Of a stretch of 64,000 nucleotides of DNA, positions 10,247 through 19,303 are shown piece by piece. A program made the translations under genes and the position numbers. Positions within the stretch are counted from its first letter, which is position 1. Each line of letters opens with the position of its first letter. Origin of the DNA: an uncultured cyanobacterium (GTDB taxonomy: Bacteria > Cyanobacteriota > Cyanobacteriia > CAKZMO01); contig CAVRCJ010000003.1 of assembly GCA_963719515.1 (NCBI GenBank), positions 672,001 to 736,000 of the forward strand. Direction: 5' to 3'. The notes below the pieces were generated by a model, which had not been told where the DNA came from, made no database searches, and was given only the letters and a program-made list of their open reading frames with translations.

Positions 10247-10354
10247 CTAGCGCTGGCGGGTCTGCTCGTAGACTACCAGAGCCAGAAAAGCGATCGCCGT
10301 CACCGCCACCGAGCCGCCCAGGGCAATGAACACCGTCTGCCACCCCAGCGCCAT
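10247..10354 (-). CDS. 35-aa single-TM small protein
   Basis: MALGWQTVFIALGGSVAVTAIAFLALVVYEQTRQR; ATG overlaps the upstream stop (TGATG). Confidence 0.5.
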   Translation of the reverse strand: MALGWQTVFIALGGSVAVTAIAFLALVVYEQTRQR

Positions 10355-10689
10355 CACGAGGCCTGCGCCGGCTTTTTCTTCAGCTTCACCGCAGTTCCCA
10401 CCGCCAAAAGCTCCGCTGCCCCCTGCATAACCACCGACGTGGAGAACACCACCCCCACCACCCCGTCGGCTCCCTGCCGCTGGGCTTCCGCCACCATGCG
10501 ATCGATGGCCTGCTCGCGGGCCTCTGCCATGAGCTTGGTGTATTCTGAGACCTCGCCGCCAACGATGGTTCGCAGTCCGGCCACAATGTCGTTGCCGATG
10601 TGGCGGGCGCGAATGGTGTTGCCTTTCACCAGGCCCAGGGTTCTGACGATGTCGTAGTCGGCGAGATGGTGTTGAGTAGAGATAATCAT
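10354..10689 (-). CDS. YbjQ/UPF0145 family protein
   Basis: GLRTIVGGEVSEYTKLMAEAREQAIDRM...GADGVVG...GTAV. Confidence 0.92.
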   Translation of the reverse strand: MIISTQHHLADYDIVRTLGLVKGNTIRARHIGNDIVAGLRTIVGGEVSEYTKLMAEAREQAIDRMVAEAQRQGADGVVGVVFSTSVVMQGAAELLAVGTAVKLKKKPAQAS

Positions 10690-10702
10690 GGGGAATATCC
10701 TC

Positions 10703-10906
10703 CTACTTTTTGATGTGCTTTGAATAGTATGCGTCTTCTTGATTCGCCAAGCGCTCCTGCAGCACTTTGATGAATAAGACCCCGATGCCCAGAAGACCCA
10801 GCAGCCCGACTATTCCCCAGGGCAAAGCCGTAATCATACCAACCACCATCGCGATGACGTAGGCGATCGCAACGAGCAGCAGTAGGACGTAGCCAATTAC
10901 CGTCAT
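10703..10906 (-). CDS. small two-TM membrane protein
   Basis: 67 aa hydrophobic ORF, start coupled to the GNAT stop. Confidence 0.75.
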   Translation of the reverse strand: MTVIGYVLLLLVAIAYVIAMVVGMITALPWGIVGLLGLLGIGVLFIKVLQERLANQEDAYYSKHIKK

Positions 10907-11469
10907 GACGTTGGGGGGTTGGAGTTCAGCTCTTGCCAGCGCACCTTATTGATCCGGTATAGCACATGCCGCTGCAGCCTATGGCCCTCCGGCAGCGCCG
11001 GGTGGTCGAAGTCGTCCTCCGGCTGGTAAGTCATGCCGAGGCGCTCCATCACGGCTCTTGAGCGCTGATTCTCTACTGCCGTAATCGACACAATTTTCTC
11101 TAGTGCCAGTGTCTCAAAGCCGTAATTCAGCGCGCCCCTAGCCCCTTCGGTGGCGTATCCCTGGCCCCAAAACTGCCGCGCCAGCCGCCAGCCTGCCTCC
11201 ACCGCCGGGGTAAAGTGGGCCTCAAAGTCCGCCACCTCTATGCCAATAAAGCCGATAAATGCCCCGGTCTCCCGCAGCTCCGCCGCCCAAAAGCCAAACC
11301 CGTGCTGGTCAATACTCTGCTCTATTCGCGCCACGGCAGCGTCAGACTCTTGGCGGATGAGCAGGCCCGGAAAGTAGCGCCGCACCTCGGGGTCGGCGTT
11401 GAGGCGAGCAAAGGGCTCTAGGTCGGAAGGCTGCCAGCGGCGCAGCAGCAGGCGCGGGGTCGTAATCAT
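10903..11469 (-). CDS. GNAT N-acetyltransferase (RimJ/RimL type)
   Basis: TPRLLLRRW, EAGWRL..WGQGYATE, NQRSRAVMERLGM. Confidence 0.92.
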   Translation of the reverse strand: MITTPRLLLRRWQPSDLEPFARLNADPEVRRYFPGLLIRQESDAAVARIEQSIDQHGFGFWAAELRETGAFIGFIGIEVADFEAHFTPAVEAGWRLARQFWGQGYATEGARGALNYGFETLALEKIVSITAVENQRSRAVMERLGMTYQPEDDFDHPALPEGHRLQRHVLYRINKVRWQELNSNPPTS

Positions 11470-11493
11470 GGCGTAATCATGGCGGCTTAAATC

Positions 11494-12606
11494 TCAGTGT
11501 GCTAAGGGTAGCGAAAAGCGAAACGTACTGCCTACCCCCAGCTTGCTCTCTACCGCAATCGTTCCCCCCTGCAGCGCCACCAGCCGCCGGGAGATGGCCA
11601 GCCCAATGCCCGTCCCGCCCGACTGGCGATCGCGCGATCGATCCGCCCGCCAAAACCGCTCGAACACCAGGGGCAAATCGGCGGCGGCGATGCCAATACC
11701 CGTATCCGCTACCGCCACCCACAGCAGCTCGCCATCAGGCCAAGCCTGAATCTCCACCCGGCCCGCTGGGGTATAGCGAACGGCGTTGCCCACTAGGTTC
11801 ACCAACACCTGCTCCACCCGCGCCGGGTCGGCCCACGCTTGGGGCAGGCTGGGGGAGGCCGTTAGCTCTAGCGCCACCTCTAGGCGCTGGTCTGCAAAGC
11901 GCTGGATGATCGTCGCCAGCAGCGGATAGATATCGAACGCCTGGGCGTCTACGGGCAGATAGCCCGCCTCCAGCTTAGACAACTCCTGCAGGTCTTCCAC
12001 CAGGCGTCGCATGCGGCGGGTCTCCCGGGTCAGCCGCCCGTAGATATCGGGAGAGGCCTCGAAGGTGCCGTCTTCTAGCCCTTCTAGGTAGCCCTCCAAT
12101 ACCGTCAGCGGCGTGCGCAGCTCGTGGGTCAGGTCGCTGACCAAATCTCGCCGCCGCTGCTCTACGCCTTCTAGGTCGTCGGCCATGCGGTTGAAGCTCA
12201 GCCCCAGCCGGTGCAGCTCAGGAATGGGGATGGGGGGGACGCGGGAGTCTAGCTCTCCGGCGGCAAAGCGGCGGGTGGTGGCCTCAATTTGGTTGAGGGG
12301 ACGCACGATGCGGCGGGTGAGCCAATAGCTGAGCCCCCCCGCCACCGGAGCCCCCAGCAGCAGCGACCACAGCGCCCCCCGGCTCCAGGCAGCCTCGAAT
12401 CCCTGCACCAGCTCGGGGCGCACCTGACGGATGCTGCCGAAGCCCTCAATTTCAATCTGCCGCAGCCGTAGGACAAAGAAGCGGGGAGACGAAACTTTGC
12501 CCACCACAAATAGGGTCGTCAGCCCCACCACCATCACCACAATGTGGGACCAGAAAAGGCGCGACGCCAACGACAGGGGCTTGCGCTTGGGGGGTGAGTT
12601 ACGCAT
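11494..12606 (-). CDS. HAMP-domain sensor histidine kinase
   Basis: Two TMs, HAMP, HELRTPL, NLVGNA, DTGIGI, GTGIGL. Confidence 0.93.
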   Translation of the reverse strand: MRNSPPKRKPLSLASRLFWSHIVVMVVGLTTLFVVGKVSSPRFFVLRLRQIEIEGFGSIRQVRPELVQGFEAAWSRGALWSLLLGAPVAGGLSYWLTRRIVRPLNQIEATTRRFAAGELDSRVPPIPIPELHRLGLSFNRMADDLEGVEQRRRDLVSDLTHELRTPLTVLEGYLEGLEDGTFEASPDIYGRLTRETRRMRRLVEDLQELSKLEAGYLPVDAQAFDIYPLLATIIQRFADQRLEVALELTASPSLPQAWADPARVEQVLVNLVGNAVRYTPAGRVEIQAWPDGELLWVAVADTGIGIAAADLPLVFERFWRADRSRDRQSGGTGIGLAISRRLVALQGGTIAVESKLGVGSTFRFSLPLAH

Positions 12607-13296
12607 CTTCAAATTTGTACCCTACCCCCACGACGGTCTTAATAAACTGGGGATGGCTGGGGTCGGGCTCCATCTTTTTGCGCAGCCGCGCCACGTGGGT
12701 ATCCACCACCCGCTCATCGCCAAAAAAGTCGCTGCCCCACAGTTTGTCAATCAGCTGCGCGCGGTTCCACACGCGACCGGGGGCGCTGGCGAAGGTGGCC
12801 AGCAGGTCAAATTCTAGGGGAGTGAGGTCTAAAGGCTCTGGGCTATCGCCCGTGGAGCAGTGGGCCGTCCGCTGCTCTGGGTCTACCGAGAAGTGGGGCG
12901 TTTGGTGCACCTGGGGCTGGCCTCCCTGACGCAGCGATCGCCGCAGCAGGGCTCGCACCCGGCCACTAGCTCTCGGGGGCTGAAGGGCTTGGTCATGTAG
13001 TCGTCGGCACCGGTGGAGAGGCCCACAATGCGGTCAATTTCTTCTCCCTTAGCGGTGAGCATGAGGATGTAGGGGTCTTTGCTGCCGGGGGTTTGGCGGA
13101 TGCGGGCGCAGACTTCGAGGCCGTCGAGCTGGGGCAGCATCAGGTCTAGGATAATTAGGTCGGGGGCGATCGCCTGGAACTGCTGCAGCGCGCTCACCCC
13201 GTCGCGGCAGGTGTGACAGGTGAACCCTTCTTTTTCGAGATAGAGGGTGAGCAGCTGGGCGATTTCGGCTTCGTCTTCAACGATGAGGATGTTCAT
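12599..13296 (-). CDS. OmpR-family response regulator, frameshifted near 12960
   Basis: Receiver (LDLMLP, KPFSPREL) and winged helix (LTPLEFDLL, VDTHVARLRKK, VVGVGYKF) lie in two frames; one extra C restores ELVARVRALLRR. Confidence 0.88.
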
Positions 13297-13338
13297 TGAC
13301 TGCGGTCGAAAAGGGTGAGCACAGTATCATAATGCAAT

Positions 13339-13906
13339 TTGATCATGGCCACTGAGCGAGAAAAGATGCTGGCGGGCCAGCCCTACCGAGCGGCAGACCC
13401 CGAGCTGACGGCAATGCGGCTGGCGGCGCGACGGCAGCTCCACCGCTTCAATGGCCTGTCTCCAGAGGGTGATCTGCAGCGGCAGGAGATTGTGCGATCG
13501 CTCTTTGATGCCGTGGGCTCCGGGCTTTGAGATCAATGCGCCGTTTCACTGCGACTATGGGTGCCACATTCGGGCGGGCCGCAATCTCTATATCAATGTT
13601 AGTTGCATCATTCTGGACTGCAACTGGGTGACCTTTGGCGACGACGTGTTGATTGCCCCCAATGTGCAGATCTACACCGCCTACCATCCGCTAGACCCGG
13701 CGGTGCGCCGCAGCGGGGTGGAAATGGCGGCCCCCATTACCATTGGCAATAACGTTTGGCTGGGGGGTGGCGCGATTGTTTGTCCGGGCGTCACCATTGG
13801 CGATGATGCCGTCATTGGGGCGGGCAGCGTGGTGACGAAGGCTATCCCCGCCGGGGCGATCGCGGTGGGGAATCCCTGCCGGGTGATGCGGACTGTTGGG
13901 GGGTGA
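13339..13906 (+). CDS. sugar (maltose/galactoside) O-acetyltransferase, frameshifted near 13522
   Basis: MATEREKMLAGQPY in one frame; PFHCDYG, NVQIYTAYHP, NVWLGGG, GAGSVVTK, GNPCRV in another. Confidence 0.88.
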
Positions 13907-13935
13907 CGCGCTGGGGCTATGGGCTATGGCCAGAG

Positions 13936-14108
13936 GGGTACATGTTTAGCGACCTTGAATATGAAAGGCCGTACGCCTTGGTTTTACCCCCCTCAGTCCC
14001 TCCTTGGAAAGGCGGGAAGCTCAAGCCTCCCCTTTGGCTTTGGCGTGAGCCTGCCCGCAGGGCGTAGGGGAGCTAGAGGGGGTAATCCGAGACGCTAAAC
14101 ACATACCC
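13936..14108. mobile_element. 173-bp MITE-like element with terminal inverted repeats
   Basis: GGGTACATGTTTAGCG ... CGCTAAACACATACCC (14/16); internal C-rich/G-rich palindromic arms. Confidence 0.6.
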
Positions 14109-14165
14109 GGAGGGACTGGCCCCCCGCGACTATGGCGCTACGACAGCGCGGGGCTGCCCAGCGAT

Positions 14166-14450
14166 TTACCCTATGGGTCCGTCGAGCGAACGCTGGCGTA
14201 CGAGGTAGCTCAACACCTCCCCTTCGTTGCGGGTAATTTTGATGCCGCCTTCCCCGATGGCAATCAGCTGGGTCCAAAGGGACTGCTCCACGTACCGCCT
14301 GACGTGCAGCTTGTGGATGGCCTCGCGGACGCCTTCGGGGGAGCCGATGATGATATGGCGGATGATTTCGCCGTTGGGGGCTGGGCTGGGGGTAGTCAGC
14401 ACGGTGGGTGCGGCCTCATTGCTGGGCAGCTCGGGATATAGAAATGTCAT
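14166..14450 (-). CDS. uncharacterised small protein, paralogue 1 of 3
   Basis: HIIIGSPEGVREAIHKLHVRRYVEQSLWT...GEVLSYL; GGAG RBS; core shared with 25812-26243 and 58453-58818. Confidence 0.8.
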   Translation of the reverse strand: MTFLYPELPSNEAAPTVLTTPSPAPNGEIIRHIIIGSPEGVREAIHKLHVRRYVEQSLWTQLIAIGEGGIKITRNEGEVLSYLVRQRSLDGPIG

Positions 14451-14671
14451 GGGGTTTCTCCGTTTTGGGTTAAGAAAGCCCAAAATTTGGCCATCCCGGA
14501 CTGTGGCATGTCTAGGATGGCCTTCTGCCACGGTTTAAGATGGCAAAAGTCCAAGACAGGGCTCTTCTGTCGCGGGCTAGGGCGCGATCGTCGCTGGTAT
14601 CGGCGATCGCGTCCGCTGTTGACCAAATTTTTGGGGAAGTAGAGCTAAGAATTAAACAGCTCTAGGATGAG

Positions 14672-14700
14672 AGAATAGCGCACTTAGTACAAAGGATCAA
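14672..14700 (-). promoter_or_regulatory. candidate sigma70 promoter for paralogue 1
   Basis: Minus strand TTGATC-17 nt-TATTCT. Confidence 0.4.
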
Positions 14701-14728
14701 GCCCAAAATTGCATGGAGGCGATCGCTA

Positions 14729-17700
14729 TCAAATCGCTTCTGCTTTTCGCAGTGCCGCTAGCTCTTCTGGCGTGAAGGGGTTTTGGCCAGACTGGAGGGC
14801 GGCTACCCATCGCTCCCGTCGCGATCGCTGCTCATCCGAGAAAATCTGACTATTGTTATCTGCGCTTAGTGCCGACTGAAAATCTGCTAGTGCCCCGTCA
14901 AGGTCATTTGTTAAGAGCTTTGGCCAGCCCTCGGGTATCGAACCATGCGCTCTCATTCCGGATCTAAACTTAACGGCTTTTTCTCCAGCGTAGAGAACAT
15001 CGGCGGCGTGGCCGTAGAGGCAGCCGTTCCAGCACAGTCTATTCCACGAGTGGGCCGAGATGTCGATATTGGGGTCAGTAGCTTGTGCCTGGTGGTAAGA
15101 GGCGATCGCCTCTGGAATTTGGCCGTCTTTGGCAAGAGCTAGCCCTTGGCTCAGAGCCAGAGCGGCGGCAAAGGCTGCCTCTTGAGCAAGCACTGGAGGA
15201 ACGTTCTCAGCAGCATGTATGCCCTCAGCGTTTGCCCAACTCGTCTCAGAATTCCACTTAATATTCTTAAAGTTGGCTCTGATGAAGTTGGCTCTGATGA
15301 GGTTGGCGCTGCTGAGGTCGGCACTGCGGAGGTTGGCGCTGCGGAGGTTGGCGCTGCTGAGGTTGGCGCTGCTGAGGTTGGCGCTGCTGAGGTCGGCGCT
15401 GAAGAGGTTGGCGCTGCTGAGGTTGGCGCTGCTGAGGTTGGCGCTGCTGAGGTTGGCGCTGCTGAGGTTGGCGCTGCTGAGGTTGGCGCTGCTGAGGGTG
15501 GCGCTGCGGAGGTCGGCGCTGCTGAGGGTGGCGCTGAAGAGGTTGGCTCTGAAGAGGTCGGCGCTGCTGAGGTCGGCGCTGCGGAGGTTGGCGCTGCGGA
15601 GGTTGGCGCTGCGGAGGTTGGCGCTGAAGAGGTCGGCGCTGCGGAGGTTGGCACTGCTGAGGTTGGCGCTGAAGAGGTTGGCGCTGCTGAGGTTGGCACT
15701 GCTGAGGTTGGCGCTGCTGAGGGTGGCGCTGCGGAGGTTGGCGCTGAAGAGGGTGGCGCTGCGGAGGTTGGCGCTACGGAGGTTGGCGCTGATGAGATGC
15801 TTTCCAACGACACTACTGAAGCCCAAAACGCGGAGACACTCGCTGTAGCCGATGATCCTGTAAAGCCGCGTCTCCTCAAACGCCTCCGTTTCCGGCTCAC
15901 CGCAGGGGTGAAACATCAATTTGCGATTTCAGCTCCTCTCGCTTCTGCCCATAGCGATGCAGTTCAAACAACAAAATCATCACGTTCAGCCCCGTCACCA
16001 CGTCCACCTGCCGCAGCCCCAAAGTCTCCTCTCGCTCCGGCACCCGCTCCTGCAGATTCGCCATTTTCCGCTGGGGCAGATTGTTCGAGGTAGCGTCGAT
16101 GAACTCCCCCTCCCACCAGCGCAGATAAAACTCCTGCAGCCGCTTAAACAGCGTCACCGGCTCTAGTTCATCGGACTGATCCAGCAGCACGCTCAAATAG
16201 TCCATCACCTCCACCGTCAGCCCGCCGTAGCCCAGGAGGTCATATACCTCCCAGCACATATCTCCATCAGAAACAAGGTATTTATTCCTTCGCCCTTGCC
16301 CCGGCTGAGACCAATCCTCCATCGCATCCCGCAGCCGCTCGGCAAACAAAAACTCGCCAAAACTCTTGTGGGCAAATTCCACCGAGCCTTCCTTATCACC
16401 AGCGGCAGGCTTAAGGTAAAACGTCGTCAGCAAATTGTTGAGCTGCTTTTGCTCAGAATAATCCTCCTCCCGCCTCGCCTCCTGCAGCGCGGCGTACATT
16501 GGGCTACTGCTGTCTTGCTGCAGCCGCGCCTCCAAAAACGACACCTTGGCCGTCTCATTGCCCGACTGCATCACACAGACAGCAGCTTCCGTCAGGGCTT
16601 GGCGCAACGCCTCCGGCTCCAGACCGACCAGTCGAAAGTTCTCGTCCTGACGCTGCTTTTCAATCACCCAGCGCACGGCCTCATCGTAAATCACTACTTT
16701 GGCTTCATTGCCCTGGGTGCCCTCAAACATATCGGCTCGCAGCCGCGTCTCCCGGTGCATCCGCCCCAGCAGATACAGCAGCAGCGGCTCCCGCGCCAGG
16801 GCGTCGTCGGCATCGTGGATCTCTCTGGGGCACAGGGCCAAAAACTGCTGTAGTTGCTCCGTTTCTGGGTCACCAAACTTCCTGGCCCAGTTGCCATACC
16901 ACCGCTCCCGCAGCTCGTCCCCCATGGGCTGCAGCTCCAGCCGCTCCAAATTGTCGGCCTGAGAAATAAGCCGCCCTACATTTTGCAGCGATAGCGGACG
17001 TCCCGTAATCAAAAAGCGGTGGAGGCTACCCTCTTGGAACTGCACCACCTGCCGTAAGAACTCCTGCAGTCCGCCCGTTTTCCGCCCCTCCAGCAGCAGC
17101 TCATCAAAGCCGTCCAGCAAAAACAAAAAGCGGGTGCTACTATCCGTCAGCCAGCCCCCATCAGTGCTGACAAAATCCTGAGTCTCCAGATAATTAGATA
17201 GGGTTTGGGTCAAGCTGCTCTCCAGCGTTTTCAGGTGGCGCAGCCGCACCAAAATTGGTATATATGCCGGGTAAAGCTCAGTTCGCACCCAGTTGGCATA
17301 CATGCGGCAAAAAACGCTCTTCCCCCGCCCCGCTTCCCCGTCAATAAACAAAATCCGCTTCGCATCGCTGTGCATCAGGTGCCCGGTGACCCAAGCCTCC
17401 AGATCTTCCAGCGGCTTATCTTTCAGCGGATTCCCATCGCGGTCCAGCCGCTTTACCTGCAGCGGCACGTAAATATCGTAAAAGCTCAAAGCCTCCTCGT
17501 CAAACACCTTATCCTGTGGCCCATCTTCAATCTGCCGCAAATAATCCTCAATGCTCAGATACTTCGCCTGCTCCTGCCGCCAGTTCTCAAACGTCGGCTG
17601 CCCCAAATGCTTCACCGCCTCCGCAGACGCCGCCCACACCTCGTTCAGGTAGCGCGGAGCGCGCCACTTCACCCGCTCCGTCAGCCGGTGAGCCTCCTCC

Positions 17701-18254
17701 TCCGCCATCCCCGCCTGCACCAGCCGCGCCGCCAGCAGGTCGCCAAACTTCTCCGCCAGCTCACACCTCGGAAAGCTCGTCGCCGCCCGCCGCGCCGCCT
17801 CATCGCTAATTTCCAGCTCCCCAAGCCGCCGCGATCGCTCCCGAATATCTGCCGACGCCGGAACCCGCCCCACCTTCTCCTGCAGCCCCTCGTCCGCTTC
17901 CAGGAAATGCCTAAAGCTCTCCAGATAGGCGGCCTGAGAGGCGATCGCCACACATTCGGCCAAGCTCAGCTGCTTCTGGCTCTTCTCTAGATAAAACTTC
18001 AGCAGCCCCGTGGCAATAGAGACAAACGGCAGCCCCTTCTCCACAATCTCCGCCAGGGGCGAGTTTAGCGCATCCAGCAGCGAGTCGAGCTGCCCCACCA
18101 GCGGTGCCAGCCGCTCCACGTTCTGCCCTTCTTTCTGCAGCACCTCCGCCAGCTCAAAGACCGCTTTCGCGCCTTCCGCCGTCCCCACCGCCGTCTCCCC
18201 CGACAGCAGCTCAGAAATATCGGTGTTCAGAAATCGCCAAAGCCGACTTGCCAT
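14729..18254 (-). CDS. NACHT (STAND) NTPase with pentapeptide repeats and C-terminal TPR, split by a frameshift near 15915
   Basis: Walker A GEAGRGKS, Walker B LLDGFDE, EPLLLYLL, FAHKSFGEF; downstream frame has 35 pentapeptide units and TPR-like helices. Confidence 0.85.
15263..15787 (-). repeat. 35 x 15-bp near-perfect coding tandem repeat
   Basis: Unit GCCAACCTCAGCAGC and close variants (ANLSS/ANLRS/ADLFS). Confidence 0.95.
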
Positions 18255-18349
18255 ACGCCTAATCTCGTTTTGCCCCTGCCAATGTTCTAGCGAATTGCCA
18301 TGGCGTTGTCCACAGGAGAACGGAGGTGGGCAGGCTGAACCGCTAGGTT

Positions 18350-19045
18350 CTACGCTTGAAGCGTTCGCCAGCGCTCTCTACCCATCCGATACAGCACATG
18401 CCTTTGCAGCTCGTGGCCCTTGGGCAACGTCGGGTGGTCGAAGTCATCCTCTGCGCTGTGGGTCATACCCAGGCGCTCCATCACAGCCCTTGACCGCTGG
18501 TTACCCCCCGCCGTAAAGGACACAATCTCGTCGACGCCTACAGCCTGAAAGCCGTAGGTCACGGCGCACCTGGCACCCTCAGTGGCATATCCCTGGCCCC
18601 AATACTCCCGCGCCAGTCGCCAGCCTACTTCCACTGCGGGCGTGAAGTGGGCGTTAAAGGTGGGTTTCTTTAGCCCAATAAAGCCAATAAACTCCCCGCT
18701 TTCCCGCAGCTCCACCGCCCAGAGCCCAAAGCCCTGCTGCTCAAAGCAGGCTTCAATATGGTCGACAAAAGCGTCCGAGGCCGGACGGCCCAGGCGATAG
18801 GGGAAATAGCGCATCACCTCAGGGTCAGCGTTGAGGCAGGCAAAGGGCTGTAGGTCTGATTTTTGCCAGCGGCGCAGCAGTAGGCGAGGCGTGGTTAGCG
18901 CCTGAGTTAGCGCTTCTGTAGCTTTCGCCTCTGTAGTTGGCGTTTCTATATTCCGTGGGCTGGTGTTCTGCGGGCTACTTTGTACGTCAGCGTTTGGTGC
19001 GCTAGCATTCCGTACATCAATACCTGGTGTACCAATATTCTGCAT
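18350..19045 (-). CDS. GNAT N-acetyltransferase, paralogue of 10903-11469 with a low-complexity N-terminal extension
   Basis: TPRLLLRRW, EVGWRL..WGQGYATE, NQRSRAVMERLGM; start uncertain. Confidence 0.88.
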   Translation of the reverse strand: MQNIGTPGIDVRNASAPNADVQSSPQNTSPRNIETPTTEAKATEALTQALTTPRLLLRRWQKSDLQPFACLNADPEVMRYFPYRLGRPASDAFVDHIEACFEQQGFGLWAVELRESGEFIGFIGLKKPTFNAHFTPAVEVGWRLAREYWGQGYATEGARCAVTYGFQAVGVDEIVSFTAGGNQRSRAVMERLGMTHSAEDDFDHPTLPKGHELQRHVLYRMGRERWRTLQA

Positions 19046-19303
19046 AGCAGTATTCTGTATATCTAATTCGCCAAGGGTAGCCAAAACCGAGACGGACTGC
19101 CAATGACTAGCTCGCGCTTCACCAAAGTTTTGCCGCTGTTGAAGACACCGTGTTGTCTGGGCTGATGGCAGCACACTTCTAGCTAAGCGCCTCTATTTTG
19201 CATCGTCTTTGCGATCGCTACAAACTTGACGTAGCCCCAAGCGAATTTGGCGCCTGCAGCCCAGCCGCTGATACAGAAGCCGCGAGAGATTCAAAAATCG
19301 AAT

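Noticed and set aside
14540..14665. 41-aa + strand ORF (MAKVQDRALL...)
   Set aside because: No RBS, and it starts inside the putative -10 box; hairpins explain the region better, though it is not excluded.
14678..14691. LexA-like GTAC box in the paralogue 1 promoter (similar GTAC near 58365)
   Set aside because: Spacing or second half-site does not fit the cyanobacterial consensus.
15897..15925. Programmed frameshift between NACHT and pentapeptide parts
   Set aside because: No slippery heptamer, and similar indels occur in unrelated genes.
15146..16093. Long ORFs in alternative frames and strands over the pentapeptide array
   Set aside because: Artefacts of a stop-free 15-bp repeat; only the A(N/D)LXX frame continues the NACHT protein.
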